64,000 nucleotides of DNA. It comes from Gemmatimonadaceae bacterium (GTDB lineage: Bacteria; Gemmatimonadota; Gemmatimonadetes; Gemmatimonadales; Gemmatimonadaceae). Shown here in pieces: positions 9,208 to 17,971 of this stretch; the first letter of the stretch is position 1; the number at the start of each line of letters is the position of its first letter. The stretch is from the NCBI GenBank assembly GCA_051859245.1, contig JBHYGA010000009.1, positions 1-64,000 on the forward strand, in the 5' to 3' direction. Both the position numbers and the translations under genes were made by a program. Under the pieces are notes generated by a model. It was not told where the DNA came from and did no database searches. It saw only the letters and a list, made by a program, of their open reading frames with translations.

Positions 9208-9254
9208 ACGGGGATGGGGCAGAGGAACTTCGGTTTCTCTGCCCTATCTCGTTT
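9208..9254 (+). terminator. Stem-loop terminator/attenuator between PEP-CTERM gene 3 and the exosortase
   Basis: GGGCAGAGGAAC-TTCG-GTTTCTCTGCCC core with a cUUCGg loop, extended stem and short T-run. Confidence 0.7.
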
Positions 9255-9295
9255 CAGTGGGTGTCGTCTTGCACTTACAGTCGTCTACTTTCGAT

Positions 9296-10960
9296 ATGTC
9301 CTCCGACACTTCCCTTCCGGCACCATCCCAGACTGAGCCGCACAACGCGGCACAGCGTCTTACTGCCAAGCGTGAGAACTCCGGCGAGGGTGTTCTGCGC
9401 GCAACTCTTGCTGCTATCGCTCTGCTCTTTTTTGCCATGTTTTGGCCTACCATTTCAGGTATGCCTGCTACGTGGTGGGATAAGGGCGGTCAGGGATTTG
9501 TTGTCGCCGCGTTCTGCACATATCTCATCTGGCGCGATCGCAAGCCCATCTTTGGGCAGCCGTCTCCGATTGGCGTTGCTGCGATTCTCACGATCGGTCT
9601 TTCGCTACTGTGGCTGGTTGCCGTGGTACTCAACGTCCAGCTCGTGCATCAAGCCGCGTTGCCACTGATTCTGTTGAGCTGGCTGTTGGCGGTATTTGGT
9701 CTGAACGCCTCGCGAGTTGCACTGCCGATCGTCGGGGCGTTCTTTCTGGCGGTGCCACTTTGGGGTGCATTTATTCGACCCCTCCAGTCCATGACGGTCT
9801 CCGCTACTGGAGTGCTGCTTTCCATTTTTCAACTTGAAGCGGTCGTCACTGGCGAGTACATCAAGATTCCGTCGGGAGTCTTTTGGGTCGCCGAGGGATG
9901 CGCAGGGCTGAACTATTTCCAGACCTCGCTGCTTATCAGCGTGATGTATTCCCTGCTGTTTCTAAATCACTGGCGTTCACGTTTTGTCGCCGTGGCGTTG
10001 GCAGTGGCACTTGGTGTGATTTCAAATTGGATCCGCGTGTTCGGGCTGGTTGTGATTGGCCACTACACCCAGATGCAATCGTCACTGGTGACCGACCACG
10101 TGACCTACGGTTGGGTGATTTTCGCCGTCACCATGGTCGTATTCTTTGCCTTGACCAAACGCATTGAGACGCTTGATCGAGCACGCGACGCAACGGCAGT
10201 CGCGCCGGAACAGACTGAACGAAATAGCACAGTAAAGAACGCGTTCTTTCACCCCTGGACTGCTGTGCTCCCCACGATGGCCGCTCTTGTCGGCCCAGCG
10301 CTGTTCTTTTCGCTGGGCGGCCGAGCCGCGACTGGAGAGGCCAGTGACAACGCTCCGGGAATTGTCGGCTCCAGCGAGTGGCGAAAAGTGTCTGAGGAGC
10401 GCTTCGCGGGAAACACTGTACCTGCAGAGAAAGATTCGTCATCCGACACGCTTGTTGTAACCAGCGCGACCCAAGCGGAAAGAGCAACGTCCGACGCCGA
10501 CACCGCAACCGTGTGGAAGCCGCAGTACAGAGGTGCTGACGAACATCGAATGGCCGTCTGGCAGCGTGATTCCGTAACCTTTCAGGTAGATCGTTTTCTG
10601 TACGTTGATCAGTCCCAGGGACGCGAGTTGATAAACAGCGGTAATCGCGTGGCCGCGCGCTCGCGCCGACTTGGGGATCAGGTTCTTGGACCGCTCGATC
10701 GCGAGGGGCGGATGGTCAACGCAACCGCGGTGCGAACTCCGAAAGGCGTACGTCTGGTCTGGTATTGGTACAGCGTAGCCGGGGTCACCACACACTCGTC
10801 GGGCAACGCCAAGTTTCTCGAACTCATGGCGTTTGTGAAAGCCAGAGTACCGCCGTCCGAGCTTGTATCGGTGAGTACGCTTTGCGGGCCTGACGACTGT
10901 AATGCCGCAAGTCAGCACATGGTGCAATTTGTCGCGGGCGTACAAACAAGGCAGCGGTAG
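9296..10960 (+). CDS. Exosortase (XrtA/EpsH-like) with C-terminal EpsI-like domain
   Basis: Multi-TM N-terminal part; catalytic triad-like VAEGCAG (Cys), NWIRV (Arg) and DHVTYGW (His); periplasmic tail with QSQGRELIN and LVWYWY. Confidence 0.9.
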   Translation: MSSDTSLPAPSQTEPHNAAQRLTAKRENSGEGVLRATLAAIALLFFAMFWPTISGMPATWWDKGGQGFVVAAFCTYLIWRDRKPIFGQPSPIGVAAILTIGLSLLWLVAVVLNVQLVHQAALPLILLSWLLAVFGLNASRVALPIVGAFFLAVPLWGAFIRPLQSMTVSATGVLLSIFQLEAVVTGEYIKIPSGVFWVAEGCAGLNYFQTSLLISVMYSLLFLNHWRSRFVAVALAVALGVISNWIRVFGLVVIGHYTQMQSSLVTDHVTYGWVIFAVTMVVFFALTKRIETLDRARDATAVAPEQTERNSTVKNAFFHPWTAVLPTMAALVGPALFFSLGGRAATGEASDNAPGIVGSSEWRKVSEERFAGNTVPAEKDSSSDTLVVTSATQAERATSDADTATVWKPQYRGADEHRMAVWQRDSVTFQVDRFLYVDQSQGRELINSGNRVAARSRRLGDQVLGPLDREGRMVNATAVRTPKGVRLVWYWYSVAGVTTHSSGNAKFLELMAFVKARVPPSELVSVSTLCGPDDCNAASQHMVQFVAGVQTRQR

Positions 10961-10983
10961 ATCTTGATCGGGTACGAGCCTGC

Positions 10984-12111
10984 TCACCTGATCTTTTGCT
11001 GCAACACCGCTCGATACAACGACGCGTGACGCGTGAACCACGCGCTTCGGCTGTACGACTCTCTTACACGTTCGGCGGCGACCTGAGCGCATCGCGCGCT
11101 TAGCTCTGAATCGTCGAGCACTGCTTGCAGCGCATTCGCGAGCGCCGGAATGTTTCCGTACGGCACCACAGTTCCGGCACCGTTAGCGAGCAAGCTGGGT
11201 ACGCCTCCAACGGCGGTACTGACCACCGGCACACCAGCTCGCATGGCTTCGAGCACAACCATGGGTGTGCCCTCCGTTAAAGATGTCAGCACGAGCGCGT
11301 CAAACGCGGCGACGAGTCGGCCAGCAGATGGCACAACGCCAGCCAGGCGTATTTGCAGGTGATCGGATTCCGCTATGGCAGACTTCACGTTGGCCATGAG
11401 ATCGCCGTCGCCAAGCATCACACCTTGCACCGCCGCGTCACGTTCAAGACGTGCGAGCACATGCACGAACGCTACGGGATCTTTCTCACCGCTCATCCTA
11501 CCGACCCAGCCAACCACTGTGCCATTCATCGGCAGGTGGAGTGCTTGCCGCGCTTCTGCTCGGGACAGCAACGGTGACTCCGGTGCGGCATTCGCGACTA
11601 CGTGAAGCTGCCCTGCGGCAAGTCCGCCTTTTCGCGCGTGCTGAGCAACAGAATCTGATACGGCCACGACTTCTGCTGAGCCGCGCAGCGCCAACAGCTG
11701 CAATTTTTCGTACAGGCGACCACGCCTTGTGGCGCCTACAAAACCGTGCAGCGTTGAAACATGCGGCACACGAAGCGCTCGCGCACAGAAGCTTGTCAGC
11801 ACGTCTGCATGGTAGCCGTGACTGTGCAGCAGTTGGATGTCGCGGCTCCGTAACTCGGCCATCAGCGCGCGATACTGCCGCCGATACTGACGATGCGGCG
11901 CGGAGATACGAACAATGTCAGCTCCACGCTCAGCGAGCTCGGCGAACGCGGGTGGAACGGTTGCTGTATCGGGCAGCAGCATCAGACAACACATGGGTTG
12001 TCCGGCGACGAGTGCCGCGCTGATCAGCTCACCAACAACTGATTCAAGTCCCCCAACGGGCGCTGGAGCAACGATTTGAGCAACGCGAAACGAACTGCAA
12101 TCCTCAGTCAC
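10984..12111 (-). CDS. Glycosyltransferase family 4
   Basis: GGLE, HSHG, VGRMSGEK and EGTPMVVLEAM (EX7E) motifs. Confidence 0.9.
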   Translation of the reverse strand: MTEDCSSFRVAQIVAPAPVGGLESVVGELISAALVAGQPMCCLMLLPDTATVPPAFAELAERGADIVRISAPHRQYRRQYRALMAELRSRDIQLLHSHGYHADVLTSFCARALRVPHVSTLHGFVGATRRGRLYEKLQLLALRGSAEVVAVSDSVAQHARKGGLAAGQLHVVANAAPESPLLSRAEARQALHLPMNGTVVGWVGRMSGEKDPVAFVHVLARLERDAAVQGVMLGDGDLMANVKSAIAESDHLQIRLAGVVPSAGRLVAAFDALVLTSLTEGTPMVVLEAMRAGVPVVSTAVGGVPSLLANGAGTVVPYGNIPALANALQAVLDDSELSARCAQVAAERVRESYSRSAWFTRHASLYRAVLQQKIR

Positions 12112-12175
12112 GCGCAGTCATGACAGAGTCGCTTCGCTTGAGCGGAGCCAAACTCCTGTTTCCGGCGGCTGGAAG

Positions 12176-13003
12176 TTACCAGCCACCAACTCGGAATAAC
12201 ATGACGGGAACCGTGCGGAGCATAATGCGCAGGTCCGTCATCACAGACTGAGAGCGCAAGTACTCAAGATCAAGGCGAAGCTTTTCGCGAACACCGTCAA
12301 TGTCGGTGTCGTAGCTACGATTGATCTGCGCCCATCCAGTAATGCCAGGCTTCACACGCTGGCGTACCGGCAATAGCGAGATCTCTTCGCGAAGACGTAC
12401 GAAGATGCTCGGACGTTCCGGGCGCGGTCCAACAACATTCATTTCGCCACGCAGAACGTTTAACAACTGAGGAATTTCGTCGATTCGAGTAGCGCGCAGG
12501 AACTTTCCAACCGTGGTTACGCGATCGTCGTCCTGGGTGGCCCACACCGCCGCTCCACCGACCTCTGCGTCCACGCGCATGGAGCGGAACTTGTAGATCG
12601 TGAACTGCTCGCCGCCAAGATCTTCGCGACGGCGCTCGTAGAGGGCACGTGTGCGGTTCCAGCGACGATCAAGTCCCACGCGCGTCTGGGTGTAGAACAC
12701 CGGTCCCGGCGATGTGAGCTTGATCGCAATCGCCGCCAGCAGCGTGATTGGCAGCGAGAGGATGATCAGCAGCGTGGCCACAAAGACATTCAGGATACGG
12801 CAAGCGAGCTCGGAGCGGGCAGCGGGCTCAAGATCGGAACCGCGCTGCTCGTTGGTGTTCGTATCTGGCGCTGGTGCGGGAGTAGCAATGGCAGCCGGCG
12901 TATTGCGAGTGCCAACACGCACCGGTTGGAACGCGCGCGCAGGGGTGCGCGGCGCTCCAAAGGAGCTGTTGAACTCTGGCGTGGCGTCCATCGTTGTCTG
13001 CAT
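12176..13003 (-). CDS. Priming polyprenyl-phosphate sugar phosphotransferase (WbaP/WcaJ C-terminal family)
   Basis: KFRSM, DDRVT.VG.FLR..RIDEIPQL.NVL.GEM.VVGPRPE and VKPGITGWAQ motifs. Confidence 0.93.
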   Translation of the reverse strand: MQTTMDATPEFNSSFGAPRTPARAFQPVRVGTRNTPAAIATPAPAPDTNTNEQRGSDLEPAARSELACRILNVFVATLLIILSLPITLLAAIAIKLTSPGPVFYTQTRVGLDRRWNRTRALYERRREDLGGEQFTIYKFRSMRVDAEVGGAAVWATQDDDRVTTVGKFLRATRIDEIPQLLNVLRGEMNVVGPRPERPSIFVRLREEISLLPVRQRVKPGITGWAQINRSYDTDIDGVREKLRLDLEYLRSQSVMTDLRIMLRTVPVMLFRVGGW

Positions 13004-13014
13004 TCCCTACGTCC

Positions 13015-13842
13015 TCACTCTGGTTCCGCGTAAATAAACTGCAGGAGTCGGATGATGCCAAACGCCGCCGTTGAGGCAAACGCTATGATTCGAACGATCG
13101 CGAACAAATCACGCTTTTTCCGCTCGCCGATCTCGATGACATCTCCAGGCTGCAGGCCTAACTGTGCAACGGTCGTGCCAGTCTTTACCGCTTCCCGCCA
13201 CATTTTTGGTTTGACGATCAATCGGCCATTTCGACGGATCGATATTTCTTCGAGATTCGAGGTCGCCGTTGGTCCGCCGGCAAGCATAATGACTTCGCTC
13301 ACGGGCCTGTCAGGCGAAATGCTGTAGAACCCGGGTCGGCCGATGGGCCCCATGATCTGCAAACGCGTGACAAAGTTCACGCGAACCGTGTGATCCACCA
13401 GAAACCGGTTCACATGCTCCTGCATTTTGGACTGGATTTCGCTTCGCAGCAAACCGTTCACCGAGATGTCGGGCAGCGCTGCAAAAGCCACCAACTTTCC
13501 GTCGCGGACCGTCGCCGTATCCACCTGCACCTGGTCTCTGGTGACCGTCACGATGAGTTGATCACCGATACGGAAGTCCCCTTCCTGCAAGCGGTTGCGA
13601 AGATTGGCGAGCTCTGCATTGGCTTCCTTCAAACGGTCACCCTTCAGGCTACCGGAGGCGACGGCGTTTTCGAGTTCGGTGGCCCGCGCGGCGATTTCAG
13701 CACGTCCGGCATCGACCAGCGGAACCTGCGCATCATCCACGCCGATCATGAAGTCCGGCCGCTTGATGGAGCAGGCAGTCAATGACTGAAGCGCCAAAGC
13801 CACAAACAACGCGCTACAGAAGACCCGGTTGAAACGAGCCAT
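13015..13842 (-). CDS. Wza-like polysaccharide export lipoprotein (SLBB domain)
   Basis: Lipobox SLTA-C; GDQLIV, G.IGRPG.Y, AGG and LQPGDVI motifs; C-terminal amphipathic helix; start placed at ATG 13842. Confidence 0.8.
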   Translation of the reverse strand: MARFNRVFCSALFVALALQSLTACSIKRPDFMIGVDDAQVPLVDAGRAEIAARATELENAVASGSLKGDRLKEANAELANLRNRLQEGDFRIGDQLIVTVTRDQVQVDTATVRDGKLVAFAALPDISVNGLLRSEIQSKMQEHVNRFLVDHTVRVNFVTRLQIMGPIGRPGFYSISPDRPVSEVIMLAGGPTATSNLEEISIRRNGRLIVKPKMWREAVKTGTTVAQLGLQPGDVIEIGERKKRDLFAIVRIIAFASTAAFGIIRLLQFIYAEPE

Positions 13843-13944
13843 AAAACTGCGGCACGTTCTCTGCCGTTGTGAGTTGACCTGAGGACCTGAAAAGCGACTG
13901 TTGCCGCCCGATTGTCCGTTACGCATACCGGCTGCCTGCTTAAA

Positions 13945-13985
13945 TGTGGTGGAAACGCAACAGCAGTAGATGCGACCGAGCATCA
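13945..13985. promoter_or_regulatory. Pair of putative enhancer-binding-protein sites
   Basis: TGTGG-N8-CAACA (13945-13962) and AGATG-N8-CATCA (13968-13985), 23 bp apart. Confidence 0.55.
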
Positions 13986-14062
13986 CTCTGTCGCACTTTA
14001 GTACGTTCGCCTGGTAACACTCGGCGACAGAACGATCGCGGCTGCGAAGTCGAGATTACAGC

Positions 14063-14075
14063 TAAGCTGTTGATT
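14063..14075 (-). promoter_or_regulatory. IHF-binding consensus site
   Basis: Minus strand AATCAACAGCTTA matches WATCAANNNNTTR exactly and lies between the enhancer pair and a sigma54-like box. Confidence 0.55.
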
Positions 14076-14198
14076 AATCGAGGAATAGCGCGGAGCATTG
14101 TGACCTGAATCACAATCGCACGATTCCTGCAGAACAAAGTCTCTGAACGCCACTTCGGGCCGCGAGATCGCCCGTTTCTTTTCACGCTCTGTCGACCT

Positions 14199-15191
14199 GT
14201 GTTCACTCCCGACGCCACACCACGACCTCCCGTCATTCTGATCGTTTCTGATCAGGAGTGGCTGGCTCGGAGCATTGACGCGCTCATCGCCGAGCAGGGC
14301 ATGGTCACCGTTCGCGCCTACGCCGGACGAGATGCCCTGGCGCTTGGCATGGACGCCGTGGCCGATGTTGTGGTCAGCGATACCCGACTCTCCGATATCT
14401 CGGGCGTTGATCTCGCACGAGCGCTGCAAGCCACGTCGGATCTTGGCACTGCGCTGCCGGTTATTCTGGTCACCACGCAGGACCCCGACCGACAAGCCGT
14501 GCTCGAAGCGCTCGAGGCGGGGGTCTGGGACTACCTGTCCTTTCCGTTTGACGGCGCCTTCTTCTCGGCTCGGCTGCGTACTTTCGCCGGTGCCAAACGA
14601 CGCGCTGACCGATTTCGCAACGAATCGTTGCTCGATCAGCCCACGGGCGTTTACTCGCTTCGCGGCCTGACCAGACGGGCGCGAGAACTCGGCGCAGACG
14701 TACAGCGACTGCACACGCCCATCGGCTGCGTGGCGATCGCGGCTGATATTGTGCATGAGGGGCAACACAGCGAGCCGCCCCCGGCCGAAGCCGCGCTGCT
14801 CGCTGACGTGCTCAGGAACACGGCTCGCGCGAGCGATGTGGTGGGACGCACCGGCAGCGGCGAGTTCGCGGTGTTCACCCACGGCAGCGGCCCTGAGGGC
14901 ACTGCCGCGTTCGTGGAGCGCCTTCAAGCCACGGTGAACTCCACGCCGCGTGGCGGTGGTCAGGAATGGCGTTTGCGCGCTGCCTGGTGCGCCAACGACA
15001 GTCACGATCCCACGCCTGACCCGATTGAAATGCTCAACCGCACCTCGGCTGAGCTGCGCATGATTCGCGCTGCCCACCGGGATGACGACCGCGTTCGCGA
15101 AGTGCCGGTGCCCCGACGCGTGATTCAATCGCCAGCCGCCTTTACCACGGCTGCGCGCGCGGGCGGCGCCAACGGCAGCGATTTCACCTGA
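14199..15191 (+). CDS. Atypical receiver domain plus degenerate GGDEF domain protein
   Basis: REC fold (ILIVSDQ, DVVVSD, G.WDYLSFPF); DQPTGVYS..G; RASD-X5-GSGEF in place of GGDEF. Confidence 0.8.
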   Translation: MFTPDATPRPPVILIVSDQEWLARSIDALIAEQGMVTVRAYAGRDALALGMDAVADVVVSDTRLSDISGVDLARALQATSDLGTALPVILVTTQDPDRQAVLEALEAGVWDYLSFPFDGAFFSARLRTFAGAKRRADRFRNESLLDQPTGVYSLRGLTRRARELGADVQRLHTPIGCVAIAADIVHEGQHSEPPPAEAALLADVLRNTARASDVVGRTGSGEFAVFTHGSGPEGTAAFVERLQATVNSTPRGGGQEWRLRAAWCANDSHDPTPDPIEMLNRTSAELRMIRAAHRDDDRVREVPVPRRVIQSPAAFTTAARAGGANGSDFT

Positions 15192-17542
15192 TCTTCGTCC
15201 TTCGCGGCGTAGTCGAGATAGTACGAGTAGTACTGGTACTGACCGGTCATCTTGATGCTGTTCAGCACGCCACCCAGGATTCTCACGGGCAACGTTTCGA
15301 GCGTGCGCAGCTTGGCAGCGGCCATTTTGCGGTCGCTCAGTCCGGCGCGCAGCACAATCACCATGTTGCCCGACGCAATGCCCAGCGCGTAAGCATCAGA
15401 TCCGGCGCCGAGAGGCGGTGAGTCCACGATGACCACGTCGTAGTCGCGTTTGAGCAGCTCCACGAGTTGCGTGAGTCGCGGGCCGGTAAGCAGTTCCGGC
15501 GCGCGACGCTGACGCTTGCCGCACGGAATGAGCGTGAGGTTTGGGTGATGCGTATCGCGCATGACTTCAGGCAGCAATGCCGCACCGTCGAGGTAGTCCA
15601 CGAGGCCCGGTTTGTTGCTCACCTTGAACGTTTCTTCGAGCGCACCACGTCGCACGTCGCCGTCAACCAGAATCACGCGCGAGCCGCCGTCGGCAAACGA
15701 CAACGCGAGATTGCTCGCGATCAGTGACTTGCCGTCGTTCGGTCCCGGGCTGGAAATCGTGACAGCGAATGGACGTGATGGATCCACGGCGTAACGCATG
15801 TTCATGCGCACCGTTCGGAACGCTTCCACCATTTGTGCCGCGTCTTCAACACTGCGACGGCGCTTGCGGCTGAGTTCCGGGATCACGCCGAGAATGAACA
15901 GGCCAAGCTCATCGGTGGCCTGCTGTGGGTACCGGAAGCGCTTGTCCAACATGTCGAGCAGAATGGCAAGTGCAATGCCGAGCGAAAGCGCAGCGCCGAT
16001 GGCGCCGATGATCAGGATCGGACCCGTTTTGTTGGTTGGACGGAGCGGTTCAACCGCGGGGGAAAGCACTCGCAGATCTTGCGGAGTTGTTGCTTCCGCA
16101 AGTTTGGCGTCCTGCGCCTGAATCAACATCGATCGATATTGCGCATCGGCAACGGCGACCTCTCGCTCCAGCTGCATCAATTCTATTGTGCGTGACGGAA
16201 TGTTTCGCAGATCGCGCTGCGATTCCGAGAGGTTTCCTTCGAGGTCCACAGCCTGCTGGTCCAGCTGCGCAAGAAACGCCCTGGCCGCCGCTGGTATCAC
16301 AACGGTGCGAAGACGCTGCAACTGCTGGAAGGGCCGCTGATACTGCGGATTTTCCTCAGTAATGTTCAGGCGAAGCTTTCGAAGCTCAGACTCCATGCTC
16401 ATGGCTTCGGCAAGGTCTGCACGCAGTTTTGTAGCCGCGGGCGATGAGTTTACGCTCGGAATCGACAACAATGCTTCGGCACGTACGCCACCATCTGACT
16501 CGGCGGTGAGCGCACGCTCAATCCACTCGCGGTCGCGACGCAGCTGTTCGGCCTGAATCTTCTGATTGAAGTAGTTGGAAAATACTGGATTCGACGTGAC
16601 TTCGGGCCCGGCGATCTGTGGCATCCGGCTTTCTGACGGCATCTCGGCCGTTCGTATCTTGAAGTTGCCGAGTGCTGCTTCTGCGGCGGCAAGCTGCTCG
16701 CGGGCATAGCCGAGCTGACCATCGAGGATCATTGCTCGCTGAGTCGCATTCGCGCGCTTGTACTGTGTGGCGACCGCGAGGAAGTTCTCGGTCCACATAT
16801 TCAACGTGCGTTCCGTGGTCTTTGCCTCGGTGCCAGTTAACGAGATGCGCAAGAGATTCGATCCTGCGCGCAGTCGTGGAACGTTCAGCCTCTTAATCAG
16901 GTCCAGCGAAACTTCGCGCGGCGTTGTGATAGTGAAATCGACGTTTCGCTTGCCCTGAAGCAGCTCGGCACTGGGCGTCCACGTAAAGCGAGCGGCAGCA
17001 CCGATCGGTTCGCCGATCGTGCCGCGCTGCACAATCTGCGTCGCGTTTCGAACGAGTTCGAAGTTCGTGCCCGTGATGCGGAGCGAATAATCGCCCGCAA
17101 GGACATCAAGGCCAGAAGTGAAGCTGCGCAACAATGCCGAATCGGCCGCCACAGCCGGCATCAGGTGAAGATTGAGCTGCGTGACGACGGGGTCGACCAC
17201 CGGGTAGGACACCAGCAGATCCAGCAGGCCGGCCTGCTGGAATCCATCGATTGCACCGTCGCTCGCACGCTGATCCCGCGAAAGCACGAGCACTGCCTGC
17301 ACCGAATATTCCGGCTTGACGAACCGTGTAGCGACCGTTCCTCCGGCGCCGCCCGCAAGCACGAGCAACAGCACCAGCCACTTGAATCGCCAGATTGCGG
17401 CAGCATATCGCTGGAGCTGCAGCGCACCCTTGTTTGGCGCCTCTACGCCGCCCTCGTCCCAGCCGGCCGCGGCACCTGGCTCCGAGTACGGCTGGAGTGG
17501 TGGGCCATTGTCAGGGACCTGCTGGAGATGTGTTCCGGTCAT
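15125..17542 (-). CDS. wzc: Wzc-like polysaccharide co-polymerase / BY-kinase
   Basis: Two TM segments flanking a coiled-coil region; EAFRTVR, Walker A SPGPNDGKS, DGDVRR, VIVDSPP; C-terminal Tyr cluster YQYYSYYLDY. Confidence 0.9.
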   Translation of the reverse strand: MTGTHLQQVPDNGPPLQPYSEPGAAAGWDEGGVEAPNKGALQLQRYAAAIWRFKWLVLLLVLAGGAGGTVATRFVKPEYSVQAVLVLSRDQRASDGAIDGFQQAGLLDLLVSYPVVDPVVTQLNLHLMPAVAADSALLRSFTSGLDVLAGDYSLRITGTNFELVRNATQIVQRGTIGEPIGAAARFTWTPSAELLQGKRNVDFTITTPREVSLDLIKRLNVPRLRAGSNLLRISLTGTEAKTTERTLNMWTENFLAVATQYKRANATQRAMILDGQLGYAREQLAAAEAALGNFKIRTAEMPSESRMPQIAGPEVTSNPVFSNYFNQKIQAEQLRRDREWIERALTAESDGGVRAEALLSIPSVNSSPAATKLRADLAEAMSMESELRKLRLNITEENPQYQRPFQQLQRLRTVVIPAAARAFLAQLDQQAVDLEGNLSESQRDLRNIPSRTIELMQLEREVAVADAQYRSMLIQAQDAKLAEATTPQDLRVLSPAVEPLRPTNKTGPILIIGAIGAALSLGIALAILLDMLDKRFRYPQQATDELGLFILGVIPELSRKRRRSVEDAAQMVEAFRTVRMNMRYAVDPSRPFAVTISSPGPNDGKSLIASNLALSFADGGSRVILVDGDVRRGALEETFKVSNKPGLVDYLDGAALLPEVMRDTHHPNLTLIPCGKRQRRAPELLTGPRLTQLVELLKRDYDVVIVDSPPLGAGSDAYALGIASGNMVIVLRAGLSDRKMAAAKLRTLETLPVRILGGVLNSIKMTGQYQYYSYYLDYAAKDEDQVKSLPLAPPARAAVVKAAGD

Positions 17543-17644
17543 TCTGCTGCGGGCTGGTGGGTTCGCGCCAAGGCGCGCGCTGATTCAAGAATGATCAGCG
17601 AAGGAGACTGTGGAGCAACCTTCTGGGCAACGGCGAAGAACAAA

Positions 17645-17753
17645 TGTGGCACAAAAGAGACAGTGAGTGTAGGGGCGACCCAACGCTTTCCCTTGACTTC
17701 CGGAAGAATTGGGACACACTTCGCCCGATGCAGCCCGTCGGAAATGTGCAACA
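17645..17753. promoter_or_regulatory. Cluster of putative enhancer-binding-protein sites between wzc and the activator gene
   Basis: TGTGG-N8-AGACA (17645-17662), TGTAG-N8-CAACG (17668-17685; 23 bp spacing) and CGTCG-N8-CAACA (17736-17753). Confidence 0.5.
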
Positions 17754-17971
17754 TACCGGCGAAATGACGACCAGACCCGCTGTTGGGATACGCGAGCGTC
17801 GCGGGATCTACACCGGTGTGGTGAAGTTGATACGCTTTTCCGGCTCGTGCGTCTTGACCGTGCGACACTCGGTGCTCCCACGCATCGCGGTGCCGGCGCC
17901 ACAGTTCATAACCCGGCGCCGTCCGCATCGGTCACCGCTCAGGCCCCACCTTTTCTGATCGACCGTACTTC

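Noticed and set aside
13851..13866. Correctly spaced sigma54-like box (CGGCAGA-GAAC-GTGC) on the minus strand before the wza-like gene
   Set aside because: The predicted TSS would fall on or just inside the start codon; not supportable without TSS data
13998..15128. Long antisense ORFs (376 aa here; also 17978-18856, 22362-23210, 60271-61197, 62296-63135)
   Set aside because: They are shadows of well-supported genes on the opposite strand in GC-rich DNA, with no protein motifs
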